DNA of 37,746 bases, taken from the NCBI GenBank assembly GCA_002256025.1, contig NKIB01015191.1:1-37746 (forward strand), in the 5' to 3' direction. The translations under genes were made by a program, and so were the position numbers. Source of the DNA: Asterionella formosa. Taxonomy: Eukaryota. This document shows, in pieces, positions 1 to 13,400 of this stretch. The notes under the pieces are model-generated. The model did no database searches and was not told the DNA's origin. It saw only the letters and a program-made list of their open reading frames with translations. Position 1 is the first letter of the stretch. Every line of letters begins with the position of its first letter.

Positions 1-24
1 TGTGAACTGAATTACAGAATTAAT

Positions 25-220
25 TGAAGTATTTCAAATAATTATGTGAAGTATTTCAAATAATTATGTGAAGGTGATCACGTAATATAGTGATGATCAG
101 GAATGCATGCATGATACTCTGATCAAATAATGAACGTGATGTATTCAGATAATATATAGATATATTCAAGTAAGCATTTTGATGTATTCAACTAATTCAT
201 GTGATCCATTCAAAATCAAC
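25..220. repeat. Degenerate ~22-bp AT-rich tandem repeat
   Basis: TGAAGTATTTCAAATAATTATG occurs exactly at 25 and 47, with a third start at 69. Diverged GAT..ATTCA units recur at about 138, 159, 181 and 203. Confidence 0.55.
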
Positions 221-1501
221 TAGGCTTATTTACGTGATGGTCACTTCACGTAATACACGGCTTAGATGTACTGTGCAATGTAGATGATGATTCATTGAAG
301 ACATATGATGACTTGAACAACAAATGAAGATTTTATCACAAACACTCGTTCCTCTTGCTTGACATGGCTGGTTTGTCGTTGTTGCAAGAATCAGAGTGAG
401 GACTGGAGAGGATGATGAGCCAAACCACATTACTTTCACTGGTACATTCTCCTACCAAGAAATTTAATAAAGGAACCTAAAAGAAACAATACATATAATA
501 ATTAAATTTCCATAGTCAAAAGGGTTACTATTTAAATTACGAGGGCATTTATCAAAATTATTAGATGATATAACGAAAAATTATGATCAGATGATCATAA
601 TCCTATGATGCATCATGGAAATATGATGGTTTTTATATGCAGACGTTTTAGACTGCTTCTTTGAATTGTTATTCAAAGAATTGTGCGCTTTGCCCCTCTT
701 ACTATTTCACTGAAGATAACCTCGCGTGGTTGCTCTTGTCTTTCCTTGTCTTCGCTGCCGACTCTTGGTTGTTCGATTCAACTCTAAAAGCAAGAACTTA
801 ATAGTCGCGTTGTCGCTATATTAATGCCTCAGCTTCGACTCATTCGATTCGATTGCGAGTTTATTTGTAGTACCGTAGGGGCTTGCTTCTTTGCATGGCC
901 CTATCGCGTCCGTCCTTGTCTGTAATATAAAAAGTATGAACACATCACCACCTTACATGAAGCAAGTTGTGGTAATTCTGCTGAAACTAAATATTTAGCT
1001 TCTTTTATTCCATATTAAATTTTTTTTTGCAGTAGTACAAACGATTAAATACCCGGTACAATATTTATTATAAAAATTCATATGGCTAATAAAATAGCAG
1101 GGTAAAATGAAAACGAGAAGCCAACGACGATTTGTTATCCTCTCAGCCCAATGTACGAGAAAGCAATATGCATACCGGTACATACACTGGTAGATATAAA
1201 ACAAAATGTCGAACACAATGACTTTATTTATGTACATATATAGCCAACTTCCATTAACAAGGGGAGGTCCCCTCACAAGAAGAAGATTGATTGAAAGTTT
1301 CCTCCGATTCCTTCCCTTTGCAAGACGGAACAATCAGCAACAGTAAAATACAAGAACTGCTGAATACCGAACAGAAAGCATTCATTGAACAGTGCAACTC
1401 AAAGGTTGAAAAGTCCTTCCAAGAGAGCCACCTACCATCAACTAACAATCCAGCAATCGTTTGTTGATTCTTCGTGAGCAGTTTACCTCGACCGTACCAT
1501 C

Positions 1502-4500
1502 ATGACCAGATCGTCTGTACCACTTGTTTTTGTTTTTTTCGCTCTCGGAGCCACATCAATTGTTTCACAGGGAACCTCTCTACTTGGTGGGAATTACGTC
1601 GCTACTACTAATGTGGAAAGTTGGTGAGTTCAGCTTCTATATGCAACGTTACTTGAGGTACCAAGTCATTTCGCCTTGAGCCAAAGTTTTTATTGAATGG
1701 CAAACAGAAGCAAATAGCTTGGTGAAAACTCGACATCTTATCACTCTTCTTTTTTCCCAAAACAGGGCCAATCTATCGTTAGACGCTCGAGAAATGCGAG
1801 CGAGTAATGACTACCAGGTCAAGAAAGATATATTCCAAAATGTAAGAATGTGTCATCGCAGGTTTTCATTCAGTGCTTGAAAAAATTCTAACTTGACTTA
1901 AATCATTCCAGGGCAAGAACGCTTGGAAAACATTGGATGATGGTACAACGTAAGTTGACAAAGAACTTCTTTTTCATATAGAAACAACGGACCAATGCTA
2001 ACTTCGCATACTCCATGCTTAAATTTCCACAGAGTCCTTCGTACGTTGGCTAGTCTATCAATAGATTCCAGAAGCGAAATGAAGGATGACGCCATTTACT
2101 CTTTCTTCTATCACGCTTTTCTCTTGTTGGGCGCAAACTTAGAGGGAGAGGATTTAGGTAATTTCGATACAAGACCTGTCGGGGAATATGGAAATACCCT
2201 GGTTAATGACCTGTTTCTTCTCAACGTCACCCACATTGAAACTGAAGCCGCCCTTATTTTTAATGTATGGATGTGGTGTATTCATGAGATATATAATGTA
2301 TTGAGAGCTTGTGAGCGAAATGACGATAACAGCCAAAGCGACATGAATGTTGCACTTGATATTGCTGTGGCACTTTGGATTGGAGCCGAACAGCCTTACG
2401 GAAGCTACGAAGAGGGTAACATGCTTTATAATCTGGCGGAACAAGTAGGTACCAAGTTCAGTCAAGATTTTACCGAAGTTGTTGCCAATACGAAAATTCT
2501 TGCTCTTTTCAGCCAAATGCAAGTGGGTATTGAACAGGGAACCTGCAAAAATGGGACTAGTGGGTACCTTGAGCTTAGAGGCATTATGCGACAACTTTTG
2601 GGACACATGACAGTGCCTCTCGTTCAAAACTTAATTTATCACATTGTGACAACTAATCCTGACGGAAAATCTGATTTTATAGAGCTATACACTTTGGCGA
2701 TTGCACCTCGGGTCGAGGTATGTAACCCTACTGTCTATCAAGAGTTGATTTCCGTCCTTGTCATCGGAATTTTCAATGACGCAGACGAAACAAAAGCAAT
2801 TAATTTGCTGCAAAGCATATACCCCTGTCTGGATGTCAGTTGCGAACAAATCGGTGAATATAAAGGAGGTCTAGTGGCGAAATGTCTTGACGATCAATCA
2901 TTGCCAAGTCAGATGGCCGGATATCCAGCAACTTTTAATGTTGATCAGGTAAGTTGGAAAAATTGAGCTGGTGAAAAACGACGGTATCGACACAATCATC
3001 TCACTCTTTTTCTCCTTAGTATGCAAATATTGACAAAGACATTGCTCAGATTGACATCATGTTGCAACTTGGTGCACAAGCTGCTGCAAAGGATTACTAT
3101 ATGTACGGGAATAATGCTCAAATTGAAATCAACAATCTTTTGTCGCTTCATGATCTTGCCACAAGTGACGATAGAAATAGTGCAACATCTCAATTTTCTC
3201 AATTCGCAACATACTTTGGATCAAACGACTATGCAGATGAAATCATGATGAGCATCTTGGACGGCGGCACTCCGTTCGTGAATGCTTCAAGCAGTCAATA
3301 TGCCAATGCTGGGGTGGGGACCCTAAAGTATATGGTTTTGTACATGGCTTCACTTTCAAAATTCTACAAAGCTGTTGAAGTTTGCATCGCCGGAGGGCCA
3401 AATGCCACAGATACAAGTGTTTCACTGTGGGACCAGGGCGTTGCGTTTTTCATTGGGTCGATAGAGGGATCAGAAGTCGGTGGGAGAGATGGTGGCCAAC
3501 TGTTTTTCGGAACAAATAAAGCGTTATGTAGCAAGTTTAACACTTGTTCCGCATCCCACAATGCTGAAGTCAATGAAGCACTGCTGACAGCGTTTGCAAT
3601 TGGAAGCGACTTCTTAACATTGGATGAATGCGATGAGGCAGAAGCCCAATTGGAGCAAATTATTGTTCCAGGAATGCCTGCTACATTAATCCAAGGAACT
3701 CTCGATGCTGCAGCTGTCACAGCAAATCTTTTAACTGGAACAAGCGAAGGGAGCTTGGCACTAGGGTATGCATTCTCAAGTGCAATCTTACCGCTAGTTG
3801 ACGCCGTTAATCCATCAGATGCTGCAACGATTCGGTCGAATATGGAGTTTCAGTTGACATCGCAACCAGTTCCCGATGGTGCTGCTGCAGTTTTTGATGC
3901 TTTTCGAGAGGCAATAGTTTCAATGGCAACAGATTGTCGACAAATTGGAGTTTACCAAGATGGTTATTTTGGAGGCCTATGCCCAAATGACGATGTTGCT
4001 AATACAGCGAGTCCTACAATTGCACTGGCTCCGACTGCAGCTCCCTACGGAAGTCCTGTTACATTCCCACCAACTGTTTTGGGTTTTGGAAGGTACACTT
4101 TCTCTTCCAATATTTCACGAATCGCCGATATTGCTCTCGACGTTCGGGATATGCTACAAGCTGAAAATGTAACAATGGCGAATAATACATACGTCAATGG
4201 AAAGAATGCCAAGTTCAATTCCACCACGGTCAGTCTTGCTCAACTGAGCCGTACCGCAGCGACGTATATGCACCAAGACCCTATGTTTAACATTTTTCGG
4301 TGGGCGCTTGTTGATGAAGAAGTATTTAGCAAAGTTGGCAACGAGACATCACTTGCTTTGGAATCTGCGTTTGCCGACATCGTTGTGGGAAAAGCATTAA
4401 GTATTGCTAATGATACGAAGCTTGCTGCTGAGACAACGGTAGTAATGAATGTTTGGATGGAAATCACACACGACCTTTACAACTCTGTACGCGAATGCGA

Positions 4501-7500
4501 GAAAAGCTTCGGGGGAGCACCCATGAGCATTGATCGTGCAGTGGCCTTGTGGCTCGGAGAAGAGCAGACCTATGGGTCTTTTACAACTGGCTATCTTATG
4601 TATCACATAACTCAGAAAGCCGCTCAAAATTGGGGTGGAAACACAACAGAAGCGGCAATTAATGGACGCCTTTTCAATCTATTCTCAGCGGCGAAAGTAG
4701 CTGCAACGAAATGTGTTCGCAGTCCCGACGCTGTTAAAGCTCTACGTAGTAACGTTGCGGCTATTCTTGTGCTAATGACTGTCCCACTTTTGCAGAACCT
4801 ATTGTTCTACCTTGATTTGGGCAATGACAACTACATTGAGCTATATGCTCTAGCTGTAATTCCACAAGCAGTCGGATGTGGGGAGTCAAACTTCTTATTC
4901 CTACGGGACATTCTTGTGAATGAAGCCCAATTCAATCGCAACACACTCGACAGTATGTTTTTTGAAAGTATGAAGGGCTTTCAGCGATGTTTACGAATTT
5001 CCTGTGATGACCTCCTGGATGGCACGAACCCATCATTGTCATTGCGAACTTTAGTGTTGAATCAATGCCACAATCCATCTGATTCTGTCAGAAAAAACCT
5101 AGCTGGATTCGAAACTACAACTCTGTCATCAACCGAAGTGGGCGAGGTATGTTGTCGAAATGTCTTTTTTATTGTGCTTCGCTGTACAACTTCATTAACG
5201 CTTCTTCCTAATAGATGGCCCGACTTGACCTTGACATCCTTCAGATTGGCATCTTCATGGAGACAAAGGCTTACGATGCTGCTATGGATTACTATATGAA
5301 CGGTTATAATAGTTATATGACCTCACTGCACAAAATAGCTACTAGCCCTTCTCGAACCATTGTTTCAAACCAGTACGACTTGTTCTCGAACTACTTCATG
5401 TCCACCAACTATACGGACGACATCATGCTCCAAGCTCTTACACAATTGGCACCATTCAGTAGTGCATCTGATGGCCAACTTGCCGCAGCAACGGTTCGCA
5501 TATTGCAGACGATGGTGTCTTATATGGCCATTCTTGAGAAATTTTACCTCGCCGTTCAAATCTGTCGAGGGGCGAGTGGTCCAGATATGTTAAGTGTTAC
5601 GACATGGGAAACAGGCGTAGCACTTTATGTCGGATCCATCGAAGGCCACGCTCGAGGTGGTGATTCCCTTCGCGATGGAACTCTTTTGTACGGTTTGGCC
5701 AAAGATCTGTGCGGTTTCTTTGGTACTTGCGAAGGGTCTGGCGATGCTTCCGTCAATGAATTCTTGATTGACGCTTTCGGTGATGGACGAGACTTGCTAG
5801 TTGATAAGGATTGTGACGGTGCAGATGGTATTATCAGAGATGCGATCTTAGGAAGCCTTCCTGTCCCATTGATTCAAGGAACTCTCTTCGAAGCATATGT
5901 CCTCGATGAACAGGTTGTCGGGACTGAGGTGCCGGACCTTGCTTCGGGTTATATTTTTGCTTTGTCTGTAATTCCTCTTATCATGAATAAAACAATTGCC
6001 ACTACAATCAAAACAAATATGGCCTTCGATCTGAATGTTTTGCCAGTCCGCGATGGCGTTGATAAAGTATTTGATGCGTTTGCCTTTGTCGTTGATGAAA
6101 TGAAGGTGGACTGCCAAGATATCAGTGCCTTCGTCAATACAACCATATGCTCGATAACAACTGTGCCTGGCGATCCAGGATTTCGCCCACCGCCGGCAAC
6201 ATCTACAACATTGGGAGGGGGTATGTACAAAACTACAACGTACGTCCAAGATCGAGCAAACATTGCCCTTGACATTGACGAGATCAAGAAGGCCCTAGAC
6301 GAAAACTTTCCTGATAGAGCTCAAAAACTTTATATGGAAGGATCAAACTCGGAAATTTACGACAATGATGGCAAAAGGGTTGGCTTTCGCTCGTTTGCAA
6401 AGTTCAGCACTCAGGAAACGGCTAACATGACCGCAGAGCCTTACTTCAACCTTTTTACCTACGCTCTTCAGGACACGGCTGGAAAGTACCAAGGGAAAGA
6501 ACTACGTTTCTATGCTGACACTATCATCACCGAAATATTCGAAAGCAATAGTGAAGCCACCAGAATGATGGCGATAGAAGGAATCCTTGTGCTCAACCTA
6601 TGGATGGCATTGGTTCACGAGCTGGAACAGACCCTCAGCAATTGTAAAAAACAACTGATTGCTGATGCTGATGGCATCCATTCAATTGACGAAGCTGTTG
6701 CATACTGGATTGGTGATGGTCAAGTTTTTGGCAACGGAACGAAGGGACACCTTCTGTATGCCCTATCCGAGCGAATGGGGGAAATCTTTGGCATTGACGA
6801 AAATGGACAGTCACGAACGAACACAAACATATTGCGTCTTTTCAATCAAGCGCGACTTGAACTCTCGTTTCCGAGCGCTTGTTCGGAAAGCCCAAATACA
6901 TACCCCAGATTGCGCCAGATCGTAAGGCGAATCATTTCTCAAATGACGATTCCGTTGTTACAATCATTAATTCATAATTTACGGGAAAACGATCGTAATC
7001 GCGTCAAGCTTTACGCACAAGCTTTCGCTCCATTGGTGGTAGCGTGCAGTCCAACCCTCTACTCCTTTCTTCAGGACAAGTTAATTAATTTGACTTACAA
7101 CGTGATTGAGGTCGAGACGATTATTGCAAAGATTCGGATTTCATATGATTGCCTTGGAATCACTTGCGACGATGTTGGTGTTCATCCTTCTGAAAAGGGA
7201 AACTTTTGCGTCAACACTCCCAAGTTGAACAGCCTTGCTGGTTATAGACCGAGCAATGATGTGAGATCATACGCCCTCGTGGATCTGGACATTCTTGAAT
7301 GTTCGATTCTTCTCACTCAGCAGGCGTTTACAGCATGTGAGGACATCTACATGTTAGGAAAACATGCTGTGGTGAATGGTGACAATGGCGAGGAAACGCT
7401 GAGTCTCTCGTATCTTGCTACGACTTCAGAGCGCACAGTCGTCCCGCAGTACGAGCTATTTGTGCAATATTTTGGTTCTGATAGCAAATATGCCGATACA

Positions 7501-8511
7501 CTTGTTAAGCGTGCGTTGAGCAATGATTTCCCAGGTGCGTCTGTTGCACAACGAAAAGAAATGGCAGTCAAGTCCATGCAGTATTTGGTCCTCTATATGT
7601 CGATTCTCCAGTTCATGTATGAAGCATTGGTAGATTGTAACTCTGGTGATGCTTTGAAGATAGTCACAGCATCGCAATCATGGGATCGTGCTGCTGCAAT
7701 TTTGATTGGGTCAGTTGAAGGTACTAATGATGGTGGCACTGGAGATGGCCAATCTTTTTATGCCTTAGAAAAGTCAAGCTGTGTTCACTCTGGCACTTGC
7801 GGAAACTCGAATGCCTCAGATGTTAATGTACAAATTATTTCTTTGCTTTACACTGGACATGGAGAGGTTCAGGCAGGATCATGCAATGCACTTAAACGAA
7901 CTGTTGACAAGATCGAACCGTTACTTTTGGTGCCGTTACTTCAGTCTGTACTTTTCTATGCTTTGGAGAACGAGAAATTACCGGCAGGCTCTCCAGATGG
8001 CAAATTGGCTAATGGTTACATATTCTCTCTTTCAGTTTTACCATTAGTTGATGATTCCAACCGTGCATCAGGTGGTATAATCGAGACCAATCTTGGGTTT
8101 CAACTGGATAGCAAACCAGTCCCAGATGGAGCAATTGCAGTTTTCAATGCATTTGCAACTATTTATGCTACTGTTGGTGTTGATTGTAAGATGATTGGGG
8201 ACGTAAACGGTGTAAGCGCCTGCAATGGGTCAAGCGAGACAAACTCCGGTGGAGGAAACAGTCGCTCTGGATTAATTGTTGGTGTCACAGTTGGGGTGAT
8301 TGCACTGCTCGCGATTGGGGCATTCATCTTTATCAAGCGACCTTTCCACAGATCAAGTAAATCAGACGATGTCCCAATTTTTATCCAGAACAACAATGGT
8401 GAACTCAACCATAATGATGATTTGCTCACAGGCAACTTCAACGATGCTAGTGTTGCCATGTCTGATGAAGTGTTTGACAAGGAAGTCGCCGAGCAAGCTC
8501 CAATTGTTTAA
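1502..8511 (+). CDS. Giant type I membrane protein with six FEA1-like (low-iron-inducible periplasmic protein family) units, ~2191 aa, 6 exons
   Basis: Exons 1502-1623, 1766-1841, 1912-1949, 2033-2948, 3020-5146 and 5215-8511 join through GT-AG introns into one frame of 6576 nt. N-terminal signal peptide MTRSSVPLVFVFFALGATSIVSQ. Recurring motifs AGY..(D)V..YA..D.DI, WD..VA...GS(I/V)EG, D.AVA.W(I/L)G and MT(V/I)PL.Q.L. TM helix GLIVGVTVGVIALLAIGAFIFI then KR at ~8269-8340, followed by an acidic tail. The intron 5 donor could be 5138 instead of 5147. Confidence 0.8.
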
Positions 8512-8787
8512 GTCCATTTAGATGAGGAGACATAAAATGAATTTTGTTGCAAGACATGACTCAAATTAGTGCAGATGGCGATGGAAAGGTAGCCATATGT
8601 ATGACCAAGAACCATCGCCTGCTCCCTCTACAGCAGGATTGATCATAACGCTGACATGATTTGTGTTTGGATGTCAATGGTGTTCAGAATACTAGTAACT
8701 CCTTGATGTAAGATGATGTAGAGTAAAATTTGGGGGGACTTATTTTCTAAAATGACAAATATGTATAGCCTATCTAGGGCTATCTAT

Positions 8788-9132
8788 GGAATGGCTTAGT
8801 GGTTTAGCATGTTGCCTTTGATCTGAGGTTGTGAGGTTTGATTCCTGCAATTTTTTTGAGAAGCAATTCTTGCGTTTGACTCCCACACTCCTTACTGTCC
8901 CACACGGTTTTGCCTGGTGCGCAAGAAATAGTGGTTTAAGCAGCTTGTGCTGCCTTCCTTGTTGGAAGGAGTTTCCCCTAACACTGCGGCTAAGACAATC
9001 ACCTTTCACAAAAGGTGGTTGGGGACTCACCTATGCTAACAAAGCTAGGGAAGCACTGTTCTTGTTCGCAGGTAGCACAATCAAATACTTGCCTAGAAAT
9101 AGGGGAGTACAAATGGGCTGTAAAACATGCTA
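8788..9132 (+). mobile_element. tRNA-derived SINE-like element, family 1, copy a (decayed)
   Basis: Colinear over ~345 bp with the reverse complement of 19950-20304. A box TGGCTTAGTGG; B box decayed to GGTTTGATTCC. Confidence 0.75.
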
Positions 9133-9608
9133 TCTTTATATTCCATATCAATACATACTATTGCCTCAAAGAATATTTTATCAATAATAGTTAATATAAA
9201 TATAGATTTCATATACATACGTATGGTTTGTTCTTTTGATCAGAAGCAGGGTCACAACACAAAACCTCGTGGGCAGCAATCCTCCTTTGTGTGATACTGG
9301 TAGGCCAATAACTACCTCCAGGTTTAGGTCTATCAGGTACATTGCCGTTATGGAGGGACTACATCTATACGGACATTGTGATGTGCATAGCTGGAGTTGT
9401 ATGGCAAAATCAATGCTGCAGGAGCATAATTAACCTGTACAAACATGGACACAATTTGTCAATGCACCCAAATCTAAACAGAAGAAACTAAGCTAGTAGT
9501 ACAATCACAGCAATCCTCCTAGCACCGATAAACATCCTCTCTCACCATGGAGGTGATGTATATTTACAGCTACACCATCAAATGAGTCCATTTCAGCGCA
9601 AATACAGC

Positions 9609-9920
9609 TACACAGTATACAACAAACTAAAAGCAGTTGAAAGAACCCACAAGATTGAATTGACAAGAAGCAAACTCATGGAGATAGAACAAAATTGCCA
9701 AAATACACCCAGCAACAGCATCATTAAATTGAGGAAGGCTTTTGACAATGCCCAAGCATCCAAATCAGATCCAAACAGACTGTTACCGTCCCACCTTACG
9801 TACACAGTACAGACTGAACAACAAACAGATGAAAGAACCACAAGAATTGACAAGAAACTCATGGAGATAGAGCAAAATTACCAAAATCCATCCAACAGCA
9901 TAATTCAGTTGAGGAATGCT
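9609..9920 (+). repeat. Diverged direct duplication of ~125 bp
   Basis: 9609-9740 and 9801-9920 share TACACAGTA, GAAAGAACC, GAATTGACAAGAA, AAACTCATGGAGATAGA, CAACAGCAT and TTGAGGAA in the same order. Confidence 0.8.
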
Positions 9921-10446
9921 CAGACAAATTTAGGAAAGACACATTGAAACAAACAAAGAAGATGAAATAATCCAGGTTCTTGATCTACCTGCAAACAAGT
10001 TGTTTTCATGGACCTGGCTACAAACAAGCAATGATGGCAGAACTCTTTTGCAAGATTCCTGAGCAAGGGAGTGACCACCCCAAAACTCTCCACTACCCAA
10101 CCACGTTTTTCTGGGCCATGGAGCGCAATGAATACAATCCTGTAGCTACAGTATTAGCCTAGTACTAATCCGCTATAAAAATTATTTAAAAAAAACCTGC
10201 ATGGATCCATGCACCAGCCGGGTAGTAACGCACCCGGAGGTTACGGGAAGCTATTCCCCAGCCAGCAGCAAAGGACAACCTGACTCTTACGGAAGGGACA
10301 CCGTAGAGTAATGTTCATACAAAAGTATACCGGCATGTCTATTTATATATATTGGAATTTTCTTCATGAGATTCGCAACAAAAATACGAAAAACGAGCCA
10401 GTCCTATAAAGTTAGTTTACTTCTCTTGCACTCTAAAAAAGCCGCA

Positions 10447-13400
10447 ATGAGGCAATTGCATCGTTCGAAGAGCCGAAGAGACGCACAGAAGACACAAGAT
10501 CAGCAGCCTGCGGATGATGAGAAGTCAACGCAGACGCATCTGAGCCCTTTTCCGATCTACCAATCTCCAACTGTTGATACGCTTGACGGATCGTTGATCG
10601 ATGGAAGACGAGCGTATACCCCTTCTAGAAAAGCTCCACGGTCAGCTGATCTGGACAAGACCCCGATCGTCAGAAATGCAGTAAGCAGACCTGCTGCGAG
10701 CGTAAACATGACAAATGCAAGTACCCCGCTTCGCGTTCCACAGCGATTTCAACAGCCGACGAACCACAGGACGACAACGGGACAATCACCGGTGCAACAA
10801 CGGCCCAAATCGAAGAATAAAATCAGAAGAAGAAAAAATCGGCCTAGGGATTTTCAAATACCAGAAGATATGGCAAGGGTTGAGGTTCGAACTATTAATG
10901 TAGCCGAACGCTCCGCGTTTTCTCCAATACGACCTCCTTCCGTGGACGAATGGCGACAGGTGGCTCGCCACACCGAGCAAACGAAACGAAACAGTATACG
11001 AAAAAACATATCGCCTTCCTTGCAGCATCTTAAATTGCTTCATAAGATGCAAATTAGATCTATTCGACAACTTTGCTTTTCTCCTGGTCTCTCGTTGGAC
11101 ACGGATCCCTGGAACGAAGAGCTTGAAGGCGGCAAGAACATCAACAGGAGACCCCATCGATCGAACAACAGAGATGGAAGATATCGGCCCATTCATCCCC
11201 TGAAAGCAACCATGGCAGTTTTACCAGAAACTCCTCCAGTTTTATCTCACAGGAAGTGTAGGTTACCCACGGCGTCGGACGTAGGCTTCCCAAATCCTTT
11301 ACCTGGCGAAATCGATCGCAAACAGAGCGAGATACGCTTGGAGACGCAATGGGAGGAAGCCTCTCCAAGATTGATAATTTTAATTACAAGCGACGACCTG
11401 GGAAAAACCGTGTTCGACGACCGGAACCACCTAGTTCCCGATTTACATTCATGGAATCAAGGTGGATGGGATGGTCTACCCTTTGCTGGCCGAGAACTGA
11501 TCATGGCAAAACAGCGGAATTACGACGTATTTGAAAAAAAGTCTCCTCATCCCAGGAGGATATGGAAGGCAAACCCTACTAGTATGTTAGCACCTCCTCT
11601 CGACTCCACATATAGTTCAACTCAAGATTGGAAACCACGGCTCATTCATGATCGACCGCCAGGTTTTACCTATGTATTGGCCTGTCCCACACGAATTGAG
11701 TTCAGTATTGGGAACATCGAGCCGCTAATATGCAGCTTATCGCTTTATACGTTACCACCTGATGGGAAAAAGCGGAAGGGGTATACATATGGCAAGACCA
11801 GTGAAGACTTCCATTTTCCGGCGGGGGATTGGGAAGGAAGAGTAGTAATCGAGGCTGCACGACGAAATGACGGAAGTTTAGACCAAGTCGTAATTGATAC
11901 CTGGATCCGTAGAAAGCACAAAGGTCTCTTCTCCTATGACCCAAAGCTCGTTGAGAATAATTCCCTCTACTTCGTTTTGCAAATCTTTCAGCTGTCTCCG
12001 CGAAATGGGTCGGGATTGTACACTGATCATAACAGCAAAGGATTCAAAAATCATCTTTCTGAGTCTACAAAGAAAAAGAGTATAAGCCACCGTATCAAGA
12101 GTAAGCTGGGAAAGATTGGAAAGTCATCAAATTTCGAAAAAGCCGATAGCATAGACCTAGATTCGTCGATACCAAGGTCCGAGTCAACGCATGAAGATCA
12201 CGGCACGAAGCTCCTGACGCCTTTATGTTTCGGCGTTGTCCCCTTGTCGTATAGTTCTGACTCCGGGCATTCGCTGTGGCCAAATGGATCATTGACAGAA
12301 ATGTGTCTCTACGTGTTTCCAACAAAAATGGAAACGGAAGGTGAATTTCTTGATCGACTTGTCAATATTGCAGCTGAATGTCCTTCTGATTTTAACGAAG
12401 ATGACCCCGACCATGTTATCATGGCGGATCCGACCGAAGAGTTGGTACCTTCGAAACTAAGTCGCTTCAAATCATCAAGAGCTCTGAAAACGGCACTCAC
12501 TAAGGGAACAAAGAAGGCGGAAGAGGAACAGCAACAAACAACGAGAATCATCGGATCTGTTACAGTATTCACATCAGACTTGGGAATGGATTTCACGCAA
12601 GCTATGTTGTCGGAACCCACAGCTTTAGTGGGAATCGAGGAGGTCAAGAAAGATAGCAAATTATCTCGCGTTCTTGTTGACATATCTGGTGATTGTGCAA
12701 TTGCAATAAATCCACCCGATCCTATGTCAACATCCTCTGGAATGGGAAGCGAAACATCACGAAATAAGAGATCAAATTTGATTCGATTGCCACGAGCAAC
12801 AACTCCGTCAGGGTATGCCGACATTGCCGACGTCCGCGAGTTACTTTACCTTCCGCCAAGGCCAGAGAAGCATGTCGACGTCGATTCACCAATTTCGTTA
12901 CAGTCAACATTGAACCTTCTCTACATCTATCCACGGCTCCTCAGAATATCCATGGAAAATGAGGATATAATTGCTAATCATTTATATTCTGTACGGATAC
13001 GTCTTATAAAGAGCTCTGTGCAGGTGGATGCATCTGGACAGGTAGAATCAAGTCAGCGAGCTCTCGAGTCGTTTCACAATCCAGCTCCTTGGTCTGGTCC
13101 TATATTGTTGGATGAAGTTTACACCAAGGTTTTGCTGGGTAAGATGGATAACTCTTCAAATCGGATGGTTTCTATGATAATAAGGGACGAATTTAAGCTT
13201 CGCCTCCCATTGATCATTGATGGAACATATTTCCTTGACTTCAGACTACTTCGTATATGTCTGAGCAGCATGGATGCTGATAGCGGTATTGACATGCAAA
13301 TTATTTCTGAAACGATGATTCCTCTGAGCAGCTCATCGAATCGTGAGGCAAGCTCTGGTGTCCGGATAACGACAGTTATCCCTAATGGTAGCCATCGCCT

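Noticed and set aside
25..220. CRISPR-like array
   Set aside because: Units are adjacent without unique spacers, the context is eukaryotic and no cas genes are present.
900..1501. CACGTG-type low-iron promoter motif upstream of the FEA1-like gene
   Set aside because: No match seen.
8770..9187. ORFs 8770-9030 and 8831-9187 with apparent paralogues at 19949-20267
   Set aside because: The similarity is at DNA level from the SINE copies; non-ATG starts and no protein motifs.
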